Below, piece after piece: positions 1-8,707 of a stretch of DNA of 64,000 bases. The stretch is from assembly GCA_005893305.1 (NCBI GenBank), contig VBOZ01000008.1:9286-73285 (forward strand), read 5' to 3'. The DNA comes from Candidatus Eiseniibacteriota bacterium. GTDB taxonomy: Bacteria; Eisenbacteria; RBG-16-71-46; SZUA-252. The first letter of the stretch is position 1, and each line of letters opens with the position of its first letter. The position numbers and the translations under genes were made by a program. The notes under the pieces are model-generated. The model was not told where the DNA came from. It ran no database searches and saw only the letters and a program-made list of their open reading frames with translations.

Positions 1-724
1 GAAGCGACGGCGCGATGAATTCGTTCGTGCCGGTGTTCCAGAGAATCCGCGTGGTGGTCGCGTCGGTGAGCTTGGCACCGGCCGACAATCCGTGCGGGCC
101 CACATAGAGGGCCGCCACGTCCAGCCCGAAGCCGTTCGAGCGGAGGCTGTCCCCAAGCCACTGCCGGATCACCTTGAGGCTGCCCCCCAGGGACAGCTTC
201 TGTCCCAGGGCACGCGCATAGCTGAAGAGAAGGGCCACGTCGTTGTCGCTGTCGAAGACGAATTGGCTTTCGTCGACGATCAGCCGGTCCTCCGGATAGT
301 CGAACTTCCCGTTCCCGTTCACGTCGAGAATCTGGAGACCCCGCGTGTCCGGGATGTTGTCGACCCCGAGCCGGATGAGGGAAATGGCGAGGGCCTGCTT
401 CGGCTGGCCCGGCGCGCTGAGCGGCATCGTGTACGAGAGGAAGTCGTATTTGACGATCGAGCCGAACTGCTCGGCGTGCATGGCGGTGATTTCCCGCGAG
501 GTGAGGGTGGCGAGCCCGGCCGGATTCCAGAACGCGGCGGTTCCGTCGTCGGCGAGCCCGGCGAAGGCGCTCCCCATCCCTAGGGCGCGGGCGCCGACCC
601 CGATGCGCAGGAACTCCCCAGCGTAACGGGTCGCGCCGGCAGGCGCGGGGGCGAGGATCGCGCCGGCGAGGATCGCGCAGGCCAGGAGGCGCCGGGGCGG
701 GAGAGAGCGTTCGGAGCGGGTCAT
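1..724 (-). CDS. outer-membrane beta-barrel protein, PorV/UPF0164-like (N-terminal part only; gene continues past the window start)
   Basis: Not in the ORF track because there is no stop inside the window. My translation from the ATG at 722-724 gives MTRSERSLPPRRLLACAILAGAILAPAPAGA (signal peptide). It continues AGEFLRIGVGARALGMGSAFAGLADDGTAAFWNPAGLA, an N-terminal signature I associate with PorV/PorQ/UPF0164-type barrels. The frame stays open to position 1. Confidence 0.55.
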   Translation of the reverse strand, partial: MTRSERSLPPRRLLACAILAGAILAPAPAGATRYAGEFLRIGVGARALGMGSAFAGLADDGTAAFWNPAGLATLTSREITAMHAEQFGSIVKYDFLSYTMPLSAPGQPKQALAISLIRLGVDNIPDTRGLQILDVNGNGKFDYPEDRLIVDESQFVFDSDNDVALLFSYARALGQKLSLGGSLKVIRQWLGDSLRSNGFGLDVAALYVGPHGLSAGAKLTDATTTRILWNTGTNEFIAPSL

Positions 725-815
725 GGGTGGCGGTTCAGGCTCCTATGGGAAGGAATGGGCCTTCGTCCTCCACTACCCTGGGGCGGGGCGTTGGGTTCCG
801 CCCCGCGCCGAAGGG

Positions 816-1253
816 TCAAGGCGCCGCGGACTTCCGGCGCGGCTTGTGCGAGGCGGCGTCTCCGTTGACCGACGGGAGGCGGCGGATCGTCCGCCAGAGC
901 ACGTATTGCTCGATCAGCTCCCGGTCGCCGACCGTGAGGTCGGTGAAGTAGCAGGCAAGCTCGTAGCGGAGCTTCTGGCCGGACCCTACGCGCTCCTCGC
1001 ACCGGACGATCACCCCTTCGCACTGAAGCATCCGCTCGCGCCTGAGCCGCCGGCCAAAGGGCGGGAGGAGAAGCGTCAGCGCGACCTTGGTCAAAGGGGA
1101 GAGGAAGAGGCGGCTCCCGAACTGGATGCCGCTCGAGGAGAGATTGATGCTCTCCGTCGTCAGGACGGAGGCGTCGTCCCGACCCGAAATCTGCATCGCC
1201 AGCTTGGCGGGAATCCGCGGCGATTTTCTTCGCTCGCGGCCGGGCTTCGTCAT
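816..1253 (-). CDS. PilZ domain protein
   Basis: 145-aa ORF. RRKSPR (RxxxR) is followed by NLSSSG (D/NxSxxG), the two c-di-GMP-binding PilZ motifs. Confidence 0.75.
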   Translation of the reverse strand: MTKPGRERRKSPRIPAKLAMQISGRDDASVLTTESINLSSSGIQFGSRLFLSPLTKVALTLLLPPFGRRLRRERMLQCEGVIVRCEERVGSGQKLRYELACYFTDLTVGDRELIEQYVLWRTIRRLPSVNGDAASHKPRRKSAAP

Positions 1254-1307
1254 GTGGCTCTCCTTCTCGGCGCTAGAGCTCGCCAGGTCGGGGGATGAAA
1301 CACGCCG

Positions 1308-3374
1308 CTAGCGGCGGCGCTTTCGCCCGGGCTTCGCCGCGCGGCGGCCAGGGTGCTTGGTTCGTTCGGCCTTTCCGCCCGCGCGACGGGCAAGGCCCAG
1401 CTCCACCTCGCGGCGGTCCAGGTCCGCGCGCGCGACCAAGACCTGCACCGTATCACCAAGCCCGAGGCGATGCCGCGACCGCTTCGAGCGAAACGAAAAT
1501 CCATGCTCCGCGAGCGTGAGCGAAGGGTCCCCCACCGAGCGCTTGGGGAGAAAGCCCTCGATGCGCCACGCCTCGATCCAGATGAACAAGCCCGCCGGGG
1601 TCAGTCCGGAGATCACCCCTCGCGCTTCCTCGCCCAGTCTCTGGAGCGCGAACCGAACGGCCTTCCGCTTCTCGACCGACCGCTCCGCGTCGTCCGCGCC
1701 CACCTCCGCGGCGGACGTGGCGGCCGCGACCGAAGCGTCGAGCCAACCCGCCGAGAACGCCCACGGGTCTCCCGAGCGCTTCGCCCCGTCCACCAGGAAT
1801 CTCTTCACGATCCGGTGGTTGGCCAGATCCGGATATCTTCGGATCGGGGAGGTGAAGTGGGCATACCCTTCCATCCCCAATCCGAAGTGGCCGACATCGA
1901 CCAGGTCGTACCGAGCCTTCTCGAGCGCGCGCAGAAGGTACATGTTGAGCAGCCGGTCCTTCGCGCTCCGCCCGTGGCTCACCCAGCGTTGCAGCTGCTT
2001 CGCGTCGGTGACGATCTGGGTCGGTCCTTGACGACCCAGATACTGCGCCGCCTCGAAGAACGAGCGCAGCTTATCATAGCGAGGTCGCTCGTGAACCCGG
2101 TAAAGAAACGGGAGCTCGAGCGTGCGAGCGCGCTTGCCGACGACCTGATTCGCGAGCAGCATGAACTCCTCGATCAGCTCGTGCGTCGGAAGCCGGGGCG
2201 CCTCGTCGAACACGATCGGCTCCCCCCGCGCGTCCAGCTCGGGCTTGATCTCGGGAAGATCGAGCTCCAGCCCGCCGCGCTCGAGCCGCTTCGAGCGGAG
2301 CGCCTTCGCCAGCCGGTCCAGCGGTCGGAGCGCGCCCGGGATATCGCCGCTCCCTTCCCGAAGCAGCCGGTGCGCTTCCTGGTAGGTGAGGTCCTTGGCG
2401 CTCCGGATGATCCCCTCGACGACGCGGGAGCTCCGGAGCTGCCCGTCCGCGGTGAGATCCGCCACGACGCTCACGGTCAGCCGGTCCTTCCCTTCCGACA
2501 GGCTGCAGAGGCCGGAGGAGAGCGCCGCGGGCAGCATCGGAAAGGTCGTATCCGCCAGATAGACGCTGGTCCCCCGCGCTTGGGCCTCGCGGTCGAGCGC
2601 GCTGCCCGGCCGCACGTAGTGGGTCACGTCGGCGATGTGGATCCCCACGGTCGCGCTCCCGTCGGGCCGCTCCTCCAGCACCGAGAGCGCATCGTCGTGG
2701 TCCTGGGCGTCCTCGGGATCGATCGTGAGGACCAGGCCATTTCGAAAATCGACGCGATCGTGGGCGGCGCGGGCGACCGAATCCTCGTGAAACGCCGCGG
2801 CCTCGTGCTCGGCCTCGGGGTCGAATTCGGTCCGGATCCCCTCCTCCAGCGCGACGAGGAGGCTGTCCTCGCGGGGATCGTCATCGGCGAAGATGGCCTC
2901 GATCGTGCCGACGAGCGGCTCCGGTGGGGTCGCCTTCAACCGCACGAGAATCCGGGCGCCGGAGGCGGCGCGCCGGCTCGCGTGGAGGGTCAGGATGATC
3001 TCGCGGGGATACTCGGGACGGTCGGGCAGAAGCGCGGAGCGCCGGCCGCGCCCCTCGAAGCGCCCGACGATGCCGTAGCGGGTGCGCTCGAGGATCTCGA
3101 GCACCTCGTGGGAGTCGCCCTCGCGGCGGGTGTCGAGGTGTCCGACCCGCACGCGGTCACCGTGGAGGGCGCCCCCCATGGCGTGTGGAGGAATGAACAG
3201 ATCCTCTCCGCCGTCCTCCGCGATCACGAAGCCGTAGCCGAAGCGGGTGCACTTCAGCCGGCCGACGAGGGATCGTCTCGTCACGGGTGAAATGGGACCG
3301 GCCCGGGCACCCCGATGAGGGGCGCGCCGGGCCGGATGGCGCTCCGAATGCGGCGACGATCGAGCCGCGCCCAC
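1308..3374 (-). CDS. rnr: ribonuclease R (RNB-family 3'-5' exoribonuclease)
   Basis: 688-aa ORF. It has a cold-shock-like N-terminus (FGYGFVIAEDGGEDLFIP), an RNB core (DPEDAQDHDDALSV, HFGLGMEGYAHFTSPIRRYPDL), an S1-like C-terminus and a basic tail. GTG at 3372-3374; the true start could be slightly internal. Confidence 0.9.
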   Translation of the reverse strand: MGAARSSPHSERHPARRAPHRGARAGPISPVTRRSLVGRLKCTRFGYGFVIAEDGGEDLFIPPHAMGGALHGDRVRVGHLDTRREGDSHEVLEILERTRYGIVGRFEGRGRRSALLPDRPEYPREIILTLHASRRAASGARILVRLKATPPEPLVGTIEAIFADDDPREDSLLVALEEGIRTEFDPEAEHEAAAFHEDSVARAAHDRVDFRNGLVLTIDPEDAQDHDDALSVLEERPDGSATVGIHIADVTHYVRPGSALDREAQARGTSVYLADTTFPMLPAALSSGLCSLSEGKDRLTVSVVADLTADGQLRSSRVVEGIIRSAKDLTYQEAHRLLREGSGDIPGALRPLDRLAKALRSKRLERGGLELDLPEIKPELDARGEPIVFDEAPRLPTHELIEEFMLLANQVVGKRARTLELPFLYRVHERPRYDKLRSFFEAAQYLGRQGPTQIVTDAKQLQRWVSHGRSAKDRLLNMYLLRALEKARYDLVDVGHFGLGMEGYAHFTSPIRRYPDLANHRIVKRFLVDGAKRSGDPWAFSAGWLDASVAAATSAAEVGADDAERSVEKRKAVRFALQRLGEEARGVISGLTPAGLFIWIEAWRIEGFLPKRSVGDPSLTLAEHGFSFRSKRSRHRLGLGDTVQVLVARADLDRREVELGLARRAGGKAERTKHPGRRAAKPGRKRRR

Positions 3375-3379
3375 GCCAA

Positions 3380-3475
3380 TTAGCGAAGCTTCTTCTTGTG
3401 CCGATCGCGGCGAAGCCGCTTCTTCCGCTTGTGCGTGGCGATTTTCTTGCGCTTGCGTTTTTTTCCGCTTCCCAT
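3380..3475 (-). CDS. 31-aa Lys/Arg-rich micro-protein, candidate bS22 / AURKAIP1-COX24-like ribosomal protein
   Basis: Too short for the ORF track. My translation is MGSGKKRKRKKIATHKRKKRLRRDRHKKKLR, from ATG 3473-3475 to TAA 3380-3382. A GGGAGAG Shine-Dalgarno-like run lies about 5 nt upstream. The ORF is packed between the HU stop (3499) and the rnr start (3374). It resembles mycobacterial bS22 ([21 protein letters not shown]...) from memory. Confidence 0.45.
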   Translation of the reverse strand: MGSGKKRKRKKIATHKRKKRLRRDRHKKKLR

Positions 3476-3498
3476 TGCTCTCCCTTGCCCCCGGGCGC

Positions 3499-3777
3499 TC
3501 AGCCCCCGCGGACCGCTCCCTTGAGCTCGTTCGAGGCCTTGAAGACGGGAACCAATTTCGCGGGGACCATCACCTCGGCGCCTGACCTTGGATTCCGGGC
3601 CTTCCGCGCCTTGCGCTCCCGCACCTTGAACGTTCCGAATCCGCGAATCTCGATGTGCTTCCCCTCACTCAACGCCCGCGAAATGGCGTTCAGCAGCTGA
3701 TCGACGATCGTCGCCGTCTCGCTCTTGGAGATTTTGGTCTGCGAAGAGATTTCATCCACGAGATCGGCCTTGGTCAT
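3499..3777 (-). CDS. HU/IHF-family DNA-binding protein
   Basis: 92 aa. It contains IEIRGFGTFKVRERKARKARNPRSGAEVMVPAKLVPVFKAS, the typical HU/IHF beta-arm region. Confidence 0.85.
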   Translation of the reverse strand: MTKADLVDEISSQTKISKSETATIVDQLLNAISRALSEGKHIEIRGFGTFKVRERKARKARNPRSGAEVMVPAKLVPVFKASNELKGAVRGG

Positions 3778-3859
3778 GGACTCCCTCCTGCTTATTCGCC
3801 GTTCGACCGCGAATCGGTCGGTGGCGCAGAATCTAGCACCGGCCCCAACCGCCCGTCAA

Positions 3860-4753
3860 TCAGCGCAGGCGATACTCGAGGCGAGGACCCTTCGACGATA
3901 GCCCCGCCGCTGCGCCCACCAGATTCAACTTTTCGTCGAGGAGATCGAGGAGCGATCCCCGGCGGCGCTCCTTCCGCACGATCGACGGCTTGCCGTGAAT
4001 CCCGCCCAGCTTCGCCGCCATGTTGATGGCGTCGTCCAGATCCCCAAGGCGGTCGACGAAACCGTAGTCCAGCGCCTGGTCCCCGGTGAACACGCGGCCG
4101 TCGGCGTACGGAAGGATGTCCTCCCGATTCAGGCTTCGGCCCTCGACGATCGCGTCCACGAACTGGTCGTAGACGTTCGTGAGCACGTCCTGGAGCAGCT
4201 TCCGCTCCTCCTCGGTCATCGGACGCCAGATCGAGCCGACATCCTTGAATTTTCCGGTCTTCACGACCTCGAGGCGGACACCGACTTTACGGAAGAGCTC
4301 CTCCGTGTTCGGGAAGCTCATGATCACGCCGATGCTCCCGGTGAGGGTGCCGGGGTTCGAGACGATGGAATCCGCGGCGCACGCCACGTAGAACGCACCG
4401 GATGCGGCAACCCCGGCCAGCGAGGCCACGACCGGTTTCCCGTCCTCCCTGATCTTCCGGACCGCCTCGTACATCTCCTGCGACGCGGCCACGCCCCCTC
4501 CGGGGCTGTCGAGGCGCAGGACCACCGCGCGCACGCTGGAATCACGCTCCAGCCGGTCCAGCTGCTCGACGACCGGCTCGGAATCGCTGATCTCGCCGAC
4601 GATCTCGACGAGCCCCACGCGGCCTCCGAGGCCGGCCAGGCTCGGCCGGTCCCCATTCAACGCCATGTTCACGACCACGAACGCGAGCGCGATCATGGCC
4701 ACGGTTCCGGCGATGAGTAGACCGCAGCCCAAGAGCCAGCGATTTTGCGCCAC
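3860..4753 (-). CDS. sppA: signal peptide peptidase SppA, 36K type
   Basis: 297 aa. N-terminal TM segment, then S49 peptidase motifs (LDSPGGGVAASQEMYEAV, ASGAFYVACAADSIV, GSIGV). GTG start at 4751-4753 with GAGGGAA upstream. Confidence 0.85.
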   Translation of the reverse strand: MAQNRWLLGCGLLIAGTVAMIALAFVVVNMALNGDRPSLAGLGGRVGLVEIVGEISDSEPVVEQLDRLERDSSVRAVVLRLDSPGGGVAASQEMYEAVRKIREDGKPVVASLAGVAASGAFYVACAADSIVSNPGTLTGSIGVIMSFPNTEELFRKVGVRLEVVKTGKFKDVGSIWRPMTEEERKLLQDVLTNVYDQFVDAIVEGRSLNREDILPYADGRVFTGDQALDYGFVDRLGDLDDAINMAAKLGGIHGKPSIVRKERRRGSLLDLLDEKLNLVGAAAGLSSKGPRLEYRLR

Positions 4754-4797
4754 GTTGCAATTCCCTCGGTTCCGAACGACAAGGGGAGATCCCGAAC

Positions 4798-4826
4798 AAG
4801 CTAGCAGAGGGAGCGGGCGGATTCAA
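4798..4826 (-). promoter_or_regulatory. sigma70-like promoter candidate for sppA (TTGAAT-17-TAGCTT)
   Basis: Minus strand: -35 TTGAAT (4826-4821), 17-nt spacer, -10 TAGCTT (4803-4798). It lies immediately downstream of the 4836-4860 hairpin and about 45 nt upstream of the sppA start. Confidence 0.35.
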
Positions 4827-4835
4827 ATGAAGGAA

Positions 4836-4860
4836 GGCGCCGAAGTCCAACTTCGGCGCC
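4836..4860 (-). terminator. intrinsic terminator-like hairpin
   Basis: GGCGCCGAAG-UUGGA-CUUCGGCGCC: a perfect 10-bp stem with a 5-nt loop. On the minus strand it is followed by UUCCUUCAUUUG. Confidence 0.55.
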
Positions 4861-5248
4861 TTCGAGAGCCCGGGGGAGGGGCCCTTGGGGATTATTAAAG
4901 TTCCCCGCCGGCGTCGTGCGTCCGGTGCCAGTAAACTGCGTCGTCTCGTCGAGGGGATCAGCTCAGGACCGGACGATTCTCGCGAGCACCGCAGGGAACA
5001 AACTCGGTTGCTATGTCACGACACTCATGTGTCATTGCAACCGGTGTTCCCCGATCGGCTCTCGGACGAATTAATATCGGCGGGACCGAGCGATGGTGGC
5101 TGGACCTAGCCACATTGTAAGTATCATAGTTGCAGCTATCTACGGGTTCTGTCTAACGTACTATCGACGGAGGGTCGGCTTACCGAGAGGGCCCTCTTCG
5201 TGAGGGCGAAATTCGAGGCCGGCCGTGGGGAGGGCGGCTCAAAGTCGA

Positions 5249-5262
5249 GGGGCAAAAGCCCC
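5249..5262 (-). terminator. short GC hairpin 4 nt after the gpmI stop (weak terminator candidate)
   Basis: GGGGC-UUUU-GCCCC on the minus strand, followed by UCGACUUUGAG, which is only a modest U-tail. Confidence 0.35.
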
Positions 5263-5266
5263 ACGC

Positions 5267-6796
5267 CTACGGATCGAGGAGGCTTGAACCGGTCATTTCT
5301 GGCGGGGCTTCCAGATTCAGCAGACGCAAAATTGTAGGCGCGACGTCGGCCAGGATTCCCGATCGCACCCGAATCGGCTTTCCAGCCGCGATCAGAACCG
5401 GCACGGGATTGAGCGTGTGCGCGGTGTGGGGCTCGCCGGTCGCTTCGTCGATCATCTGCTCGGCGTTGCCGTGATCGGCCGTCACGAGCGCGAGACCCCC
5501 TCCCCGGCCCACCGCATCGAGAACGCGGCCCAAACATTGGTCGACGGTCTCCACCGCGCGGACGGCGGCCTCGAGCACGCCGGTGTGGCCAACCATGTCG
5601 GCGTTCGCAAAATTGAGGACGAAGAAGCCGTACCCGCCGTCCTTGAGCCGCCGCTCCAGCTCGTCGGTGACCTCGAAGGCGCTCATCTCGGGCTTCTGAT
5701 CGTAGGTCGTAACCTTCGGTGACGGGATCAGGACTCGATCCTCACCCGGAAACGCCGTCTCTTCGCTGCCGTTGAAGAAATAAGTGACGTGCGCGTACTT
5801 CTCGGTCTCGGCGATCCGGAGCTGCCGGATGCCCGCCCGGCTCACGACCTCCCCCAAAGTCCGGCGGAGCGGCTCGTCCGTGAAGATCACCGGGTACGGG
5901 AACGTCTCGTCGTACTGCGTCATCGTCACGTAATGGAGATCCGTGGGCCGCCCGAGCCTGGGAAAGGCATCGAAGGAGGGGTCCGCGAGGGCCCGGGAGA
6001 GCTGCCGCATCCGATCGGGGCGGAAATTGAACGCTAGCACCGTGTCTCCGTCGTGGATCGATCCGTCGGCGCCTTCGATGACGGTCGGCGTCACGAACTC
6101 ATCGGATTCACCACGCGCGTAGGCGTCCTCCAGCGCCTTTGACGCCGACCTGGCGACGGGTCCATCGCCTAACACCATCGCGCGATAGGCCTTCTCGACC
6201 CGCTCCCATCGCTTGTCGCGGTCCATCGCGAAGAACCGGCCCGACACGGTGGCGATGGCGCCCCCCGAGATCGCGCGGAGGACCGATTCCGCGGCCTCGA
6301 TCGACTTCTTCGCCGAGCGGGGCGGCGTGTCGCGGCCGTCGAGGAACGCGTGGACGCGGATCCGCTTCACGCCGGCATCGGCCGCGATGCGGAGCAGCGC
6401 GTGGAGATGGTCCTCGTGGCTGTGCACTCCGCCCGGCGAGAGGAGCCCGATGAAGTGAAGCGTGCCCCGCTTCCTCGCACGGTCGAAGGTCCCCTGAAGC
6501 ACCCGGTTCTTTCCCAGCTCCCCATCCGCGACGGCCTTGTCGATCCGCGTGAGATCCTGGTAAACGATCCGGCCGGCGCCCAGATTCAAGTGTCCGACCT
6601 CCGAGTTCCCCATTTGCCCGGCGGGAAGTCCCACTGCCTCGCCGCACGTCGTGAGGGTCGCGTTCGGATAGGTCGCGAGGAGACGATCCATCACCGGGGT
6701 GCGCGCGAGGCGGATCGCGTTCCCCTCCGCGCGCGGATGGATCCCCCAGCCGTCCAGGATGACCAAGCCCACGAGCGGACCGTTGCCGTTGCTCAT
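5267..6796 (-). CDS. gpmI: 2,3-bisphosphoglycerate-independent phosphoglycerate mutase
   Basis: Track ORF 5267..7252 trimmed to the ATG at 6794-6796 (MSNGNGPLVGLVILDGWGIH...), giving 509 aa. iPGM motifs are present: GNSEVGHLNLGAGR, ADHGNAE and NFANADMVGHTG. Confidence 0.9.
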   Translation of the reverse strand: MSNGNGPLVGLVILDGWGIHPRAEGNAIRLARTPVMDRLLATYPNATLTTCGEAVGLPAGQMGNSEVGHLNLGAGRIVYQDLTRIDKAVADGELGKNRVLQGTFDRARKRGTLHFIGLLSPGGVHSHEDHLHALLRIAADAGVKRIRVHAFLDGRDTPPRSAKKSIEAAESVLRAISGGAIATVSGRFFAMDRDKRWERVEKAYRAMVLGDGPVARSASKALEDAYARGESDEFVTPTVIEGADGSIHDGDTVLAFNFRPDRMRQLSRALADPSFDAFPRLGRPTDLHYVTMTQYDETFPYPVIFTDEPLRRTLGEVVSRAGIRQLRIAETEKYAHVTYFFNGSEETAFPGEDRVLIPSPKVTTYDQKPEMSAFEVTDELERRLKDGGYGFFVLNFANADMVGHTGVLEAAVRAVETVDQCLGRVLDAVGRGGGLALVTADHGNAEQMIDEATGEPHTAHTLNPVPVLIAAGKPIRVRSGILADVAPTILRLLNLEAPPEMTGSSLLDP

Positions 6797-6825
6797 GCGG
6801 GCGAAGGTATCACACGACCGGGCGG

Positions 6826-7275
6826 TTAGCCTTCGCGCGTCCCGCTCCGATGGAGCAGCAGGGCCACGACGAGCGATCCGATGGAGCACGCGAACGGCAC
6901 CCACACCGGGAAGATCCACTCGTGGGGAACGAGAAACACGATGTCGCGGTCGCCGAGGCCCGAGGGAAAGCCGGTGAGGAATCGCAGGAACGCGTAATAG
7001 AGAAGGTCCCAGATCCCGAAGATCCAAAGGAAGCGCGCCGCCCCTTCGCGCCACGCCGGGCGGCCGAGGAACGCGACCGCCGCGATCATGACGAGCGTTG
7101 CCGTCTCGCGCGCCTGCTCGAGCAGGAGCCCGTCGGCCGGAATCGCGTGGAACGGCGGCCGCCACCCTTCGGGGAAGTAGAGGCGCTTCAACGACACCAC
7201 ACAGGCGGTTTCCACGAAGGCCATGGCGGCCGCGTAGAGGGTGATCCCCCACCAGTCGAACCGCGGCCGCCTCAT
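6826..7275 (-). CDS. hypothetical 4-TM membrane protein
   Basis: 149 aa with four hydrophobic segments and normal composition. ATGA overlap with the upstream gene's stop (7272-7275). No recognisable family motif. Confidence 0.6.
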   Translation of the reverse strand: MRRPRFDWWGITLYAAAMAFVETACVVSLKRLYFPEGWRPPFHAIPADGLLLEQARETATLVMIAAVAFLGRPAWREGAARFLWIFGIWDLLYYAFLRFLTGFPSGLGDRDIVFLVPHEWIFPVWVPFACSIGSLVVALLLHRSGTREG

Positions 7276-8051
7276 CCTTCCGCCGGCTCCGCGATTCCGA
7301 GCTCGGCGAAGACGGCGGGGCGAAGCGGTGCCAGGAGCCGGGCCGAGAGCGCCGCCGCGACGCGCGCGCCCAGGAGCGAATCCACGACGTCGCGCCCCAG
7401 GAGCTCGGTCGTGGAGCGCGCGTGCCGCTCGAGCAATGCCCGGTCGCCCCCCGCGTTCGCGCGAAACGACGCGACGTCGCGGTGGCGCGGAGAGAGCGGC
7501 ACCGAGGCGTGGCTCAGCGCGGCCCCCCGGGTGAACCGGGACGCGATCCCCGCGACCTTGTAGGGACCCACGCGAACTTCCCCTGCGGACGACCGGGCGA
7601 AGCAGGGCTGGTCGCCGGGGCGGCCCACCGCCGCCCGCTCCTCACCGGGATCGATCCGCTCCGCCGGAAGCGCGAGCTCTCGGAGCGCCTCCGCCAGCGC
7701 CTCGGCCACCAGGTCGGCGAACGCTCGGGGCCGGAGCGCCCACGGACCCGGAAGGCTCGCGGCCACGGCGAACGTGAGCTCCCCGTCGTGCAGCACCGCA
7801 TCCCCGCCCGTCGGCCGGCGCACGACGTCCAGCTCCGCGGCTTCAACCGCCGCCACGTCCCACCCCGAGGGATACGGCTCCGCCCTTCCCAGGCTCAAGG
7901 TCGGCCGCGACCAGGCATACGTGCGGAAGACGGCGCGCGACGGTCCCGACGCGGCCCATTCGAGAAGCGCGCCGTCGATCGCCATCTGATCGGCGCCCGA
8001 GCCGGCGCGGTGGGGAAGGTAGTGGACGGAAGGTCGGCCGGACATGGCCAC
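7272..8051 (-). CDS. lipoate-protein ligase / octanoyltransferase family protein (BPL/LPL catalytic domain)
   Basis: 259 aa. MAIDGALLEWAASG..., TYAWSRPTLSLGR and KVAGIASRFTRGAALSHAS resemble the LplA/LipM catalytic core. Context: downstream of gcvH. Confidence 0.65.
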   Translation of the reverse strand: MAMSGRPSVHYLPHRAGSGADQMAIDGALLEWAASGPSRAVFRTYAWSRPTLSLGRAEPYPSGWDVAAVEAAELDVVRRPTGGDAVLHDGELTFAVAASLPGPWALRPRAFADLVAEALAEALRELALPAERIDPGEERAAVGRPGDQPCFARSSAGEVRVGPYKVAGIASRFTRGAALSHASVPLSPRHRDVASFRANAGGDRALLERHARSTTELLGRDVVDSLLGARVAAALSARLLAPLRPAVFAELGIAEPAEG

Positions 8052-8055
8052 GGCC

Positions 8056-8700
8056 TCAGAACCGAAGCAGGCCCAGCCAATCGTCGAGAAGGAACATCAC
8101 CCGTCCGATGAGCAGCGAGACCCGTGCCATGACCGTGTAGCCGTAGGAAGCTCCGAAGCTGATCATCAAAAAGTAGATCCCGACGCGAGCGCTCCCGCCG
8201 AGCGCGCCTTTGTGCTCCTTCGAGAAGAAGAAGAAGATGAGCGTGGTGAGGAGACCTCCGACGAGGAGCCAGTTGTTAATCGTCGTTCCGGCGTCTCCCG
8301 GGACCCAGAGCGGAAGCATCGTTCCGTGCACCTGCTCCACGAGATCCCCCTGAGCGAACCCGGTGATCCGAAGCGCCGGGTAGACGCCCAGGATGAAGGC
8401 GATCGGCCAGCGGGAGAGCCAGTCGCCGCGCGGGAAGAAGCGCGAGAAGAGCATGATGCCGAGCGCGAGCGGGATGAGCAGGAAGTAGTTCCGATCGTGC
8501 GTGAAGTTCGTGAAGAGAGGCTGAATCATGTTGGGATAGACGGACGAGATCATCGTGAGCACGACGTAATAGCCGGCCGAGATCCCGACGAAGAGATGCT
8601 CGCAGAACTTGTATACGGGGTTGTCCTTGTAGAGAAAGCTGAAAATCCCGAGCGTGAGGAAGGCCCCGATCCAGACTCCGATGTCCGAGCTCAGATGCAT
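8056..8700 (-). CDS. hypothetical polytopic membrane protein (quartet member 4)
   Basis: 214 aa with about 6 hydrophobic helices. No family motif recognised. Tightly packed with neighbours. Confidence 0.65.
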   Translation of the reverse strand: MHLSSDIGVWIGAFLTLGIFSFLYKDNPVYKFCEHLFVGISAGYYVVLTMISSVYPNMIQPLFTNFTHDRNYFLLIPLALGIMLFSRFFPRGDWLSRWPIAFILGVYPALRITGFAQGDLVEQVHGTMLPLWVPGDAGTTINNWLLVGGLLTTLIFFFFSKEHKGALGGSARVGIYFLMISFGASYGYTVMARVSLLIGRVMFLLDDWLGLLRF

Positions 8701-8707
8701 GGCTCTC

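Noticed and set aside
92-583. 163-aa plus-strand ORF at the window start
   Set aside because: It is antisense to an open minus-strand frame that encodes a signal peptide and a recognisable outer-membrane-barrel N-terminal motif. The plus-strand translation is low-complexity (E/R/P/G-rich).
4861-5248. tmRNA, RNase P RNA or SRP RNA in the gpmI-sppA spacer
   Set aside because: I tested both strands by eye. GGGGCUUUUGCCCCUCGAC on the minus strand mimics a tmRNA 5' end, but there is no G3:U70 pair, no T-arm, no ...CCACCA end and no tag ORF ending in a stop after an Ala-rich tail. That hairpin is better read as the gpmI terminator. ACAGAACCCG resembles the RNase P 3' conserved region, but GGAAAGUCCGG is absent and too little sequence lies upstream. 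No GGAAGCAGCC-type SRP motif was found. The region is kept only as an unclassified RNA candidate.
5267-7252. Long N-terminal extensions of track ORFs: gpmI 661 aa, gcvPB 956 aa, gcvH 412 aa, TPR 812 aa, kbl 743 aa, 2-hydroxyacid dehydrogenase 501 aa, nadB 671 aa, lpxK 508 aa, lpxB 481 aa
   Set aside because: The extensions are Arg/Gly/Pro-rich and overlap the upstream gene. They precede an internal start that sits in a 4-nt overlap with, or just after, the upstream stop and opens the conserved N-terminus. All were trimmed accordingly.
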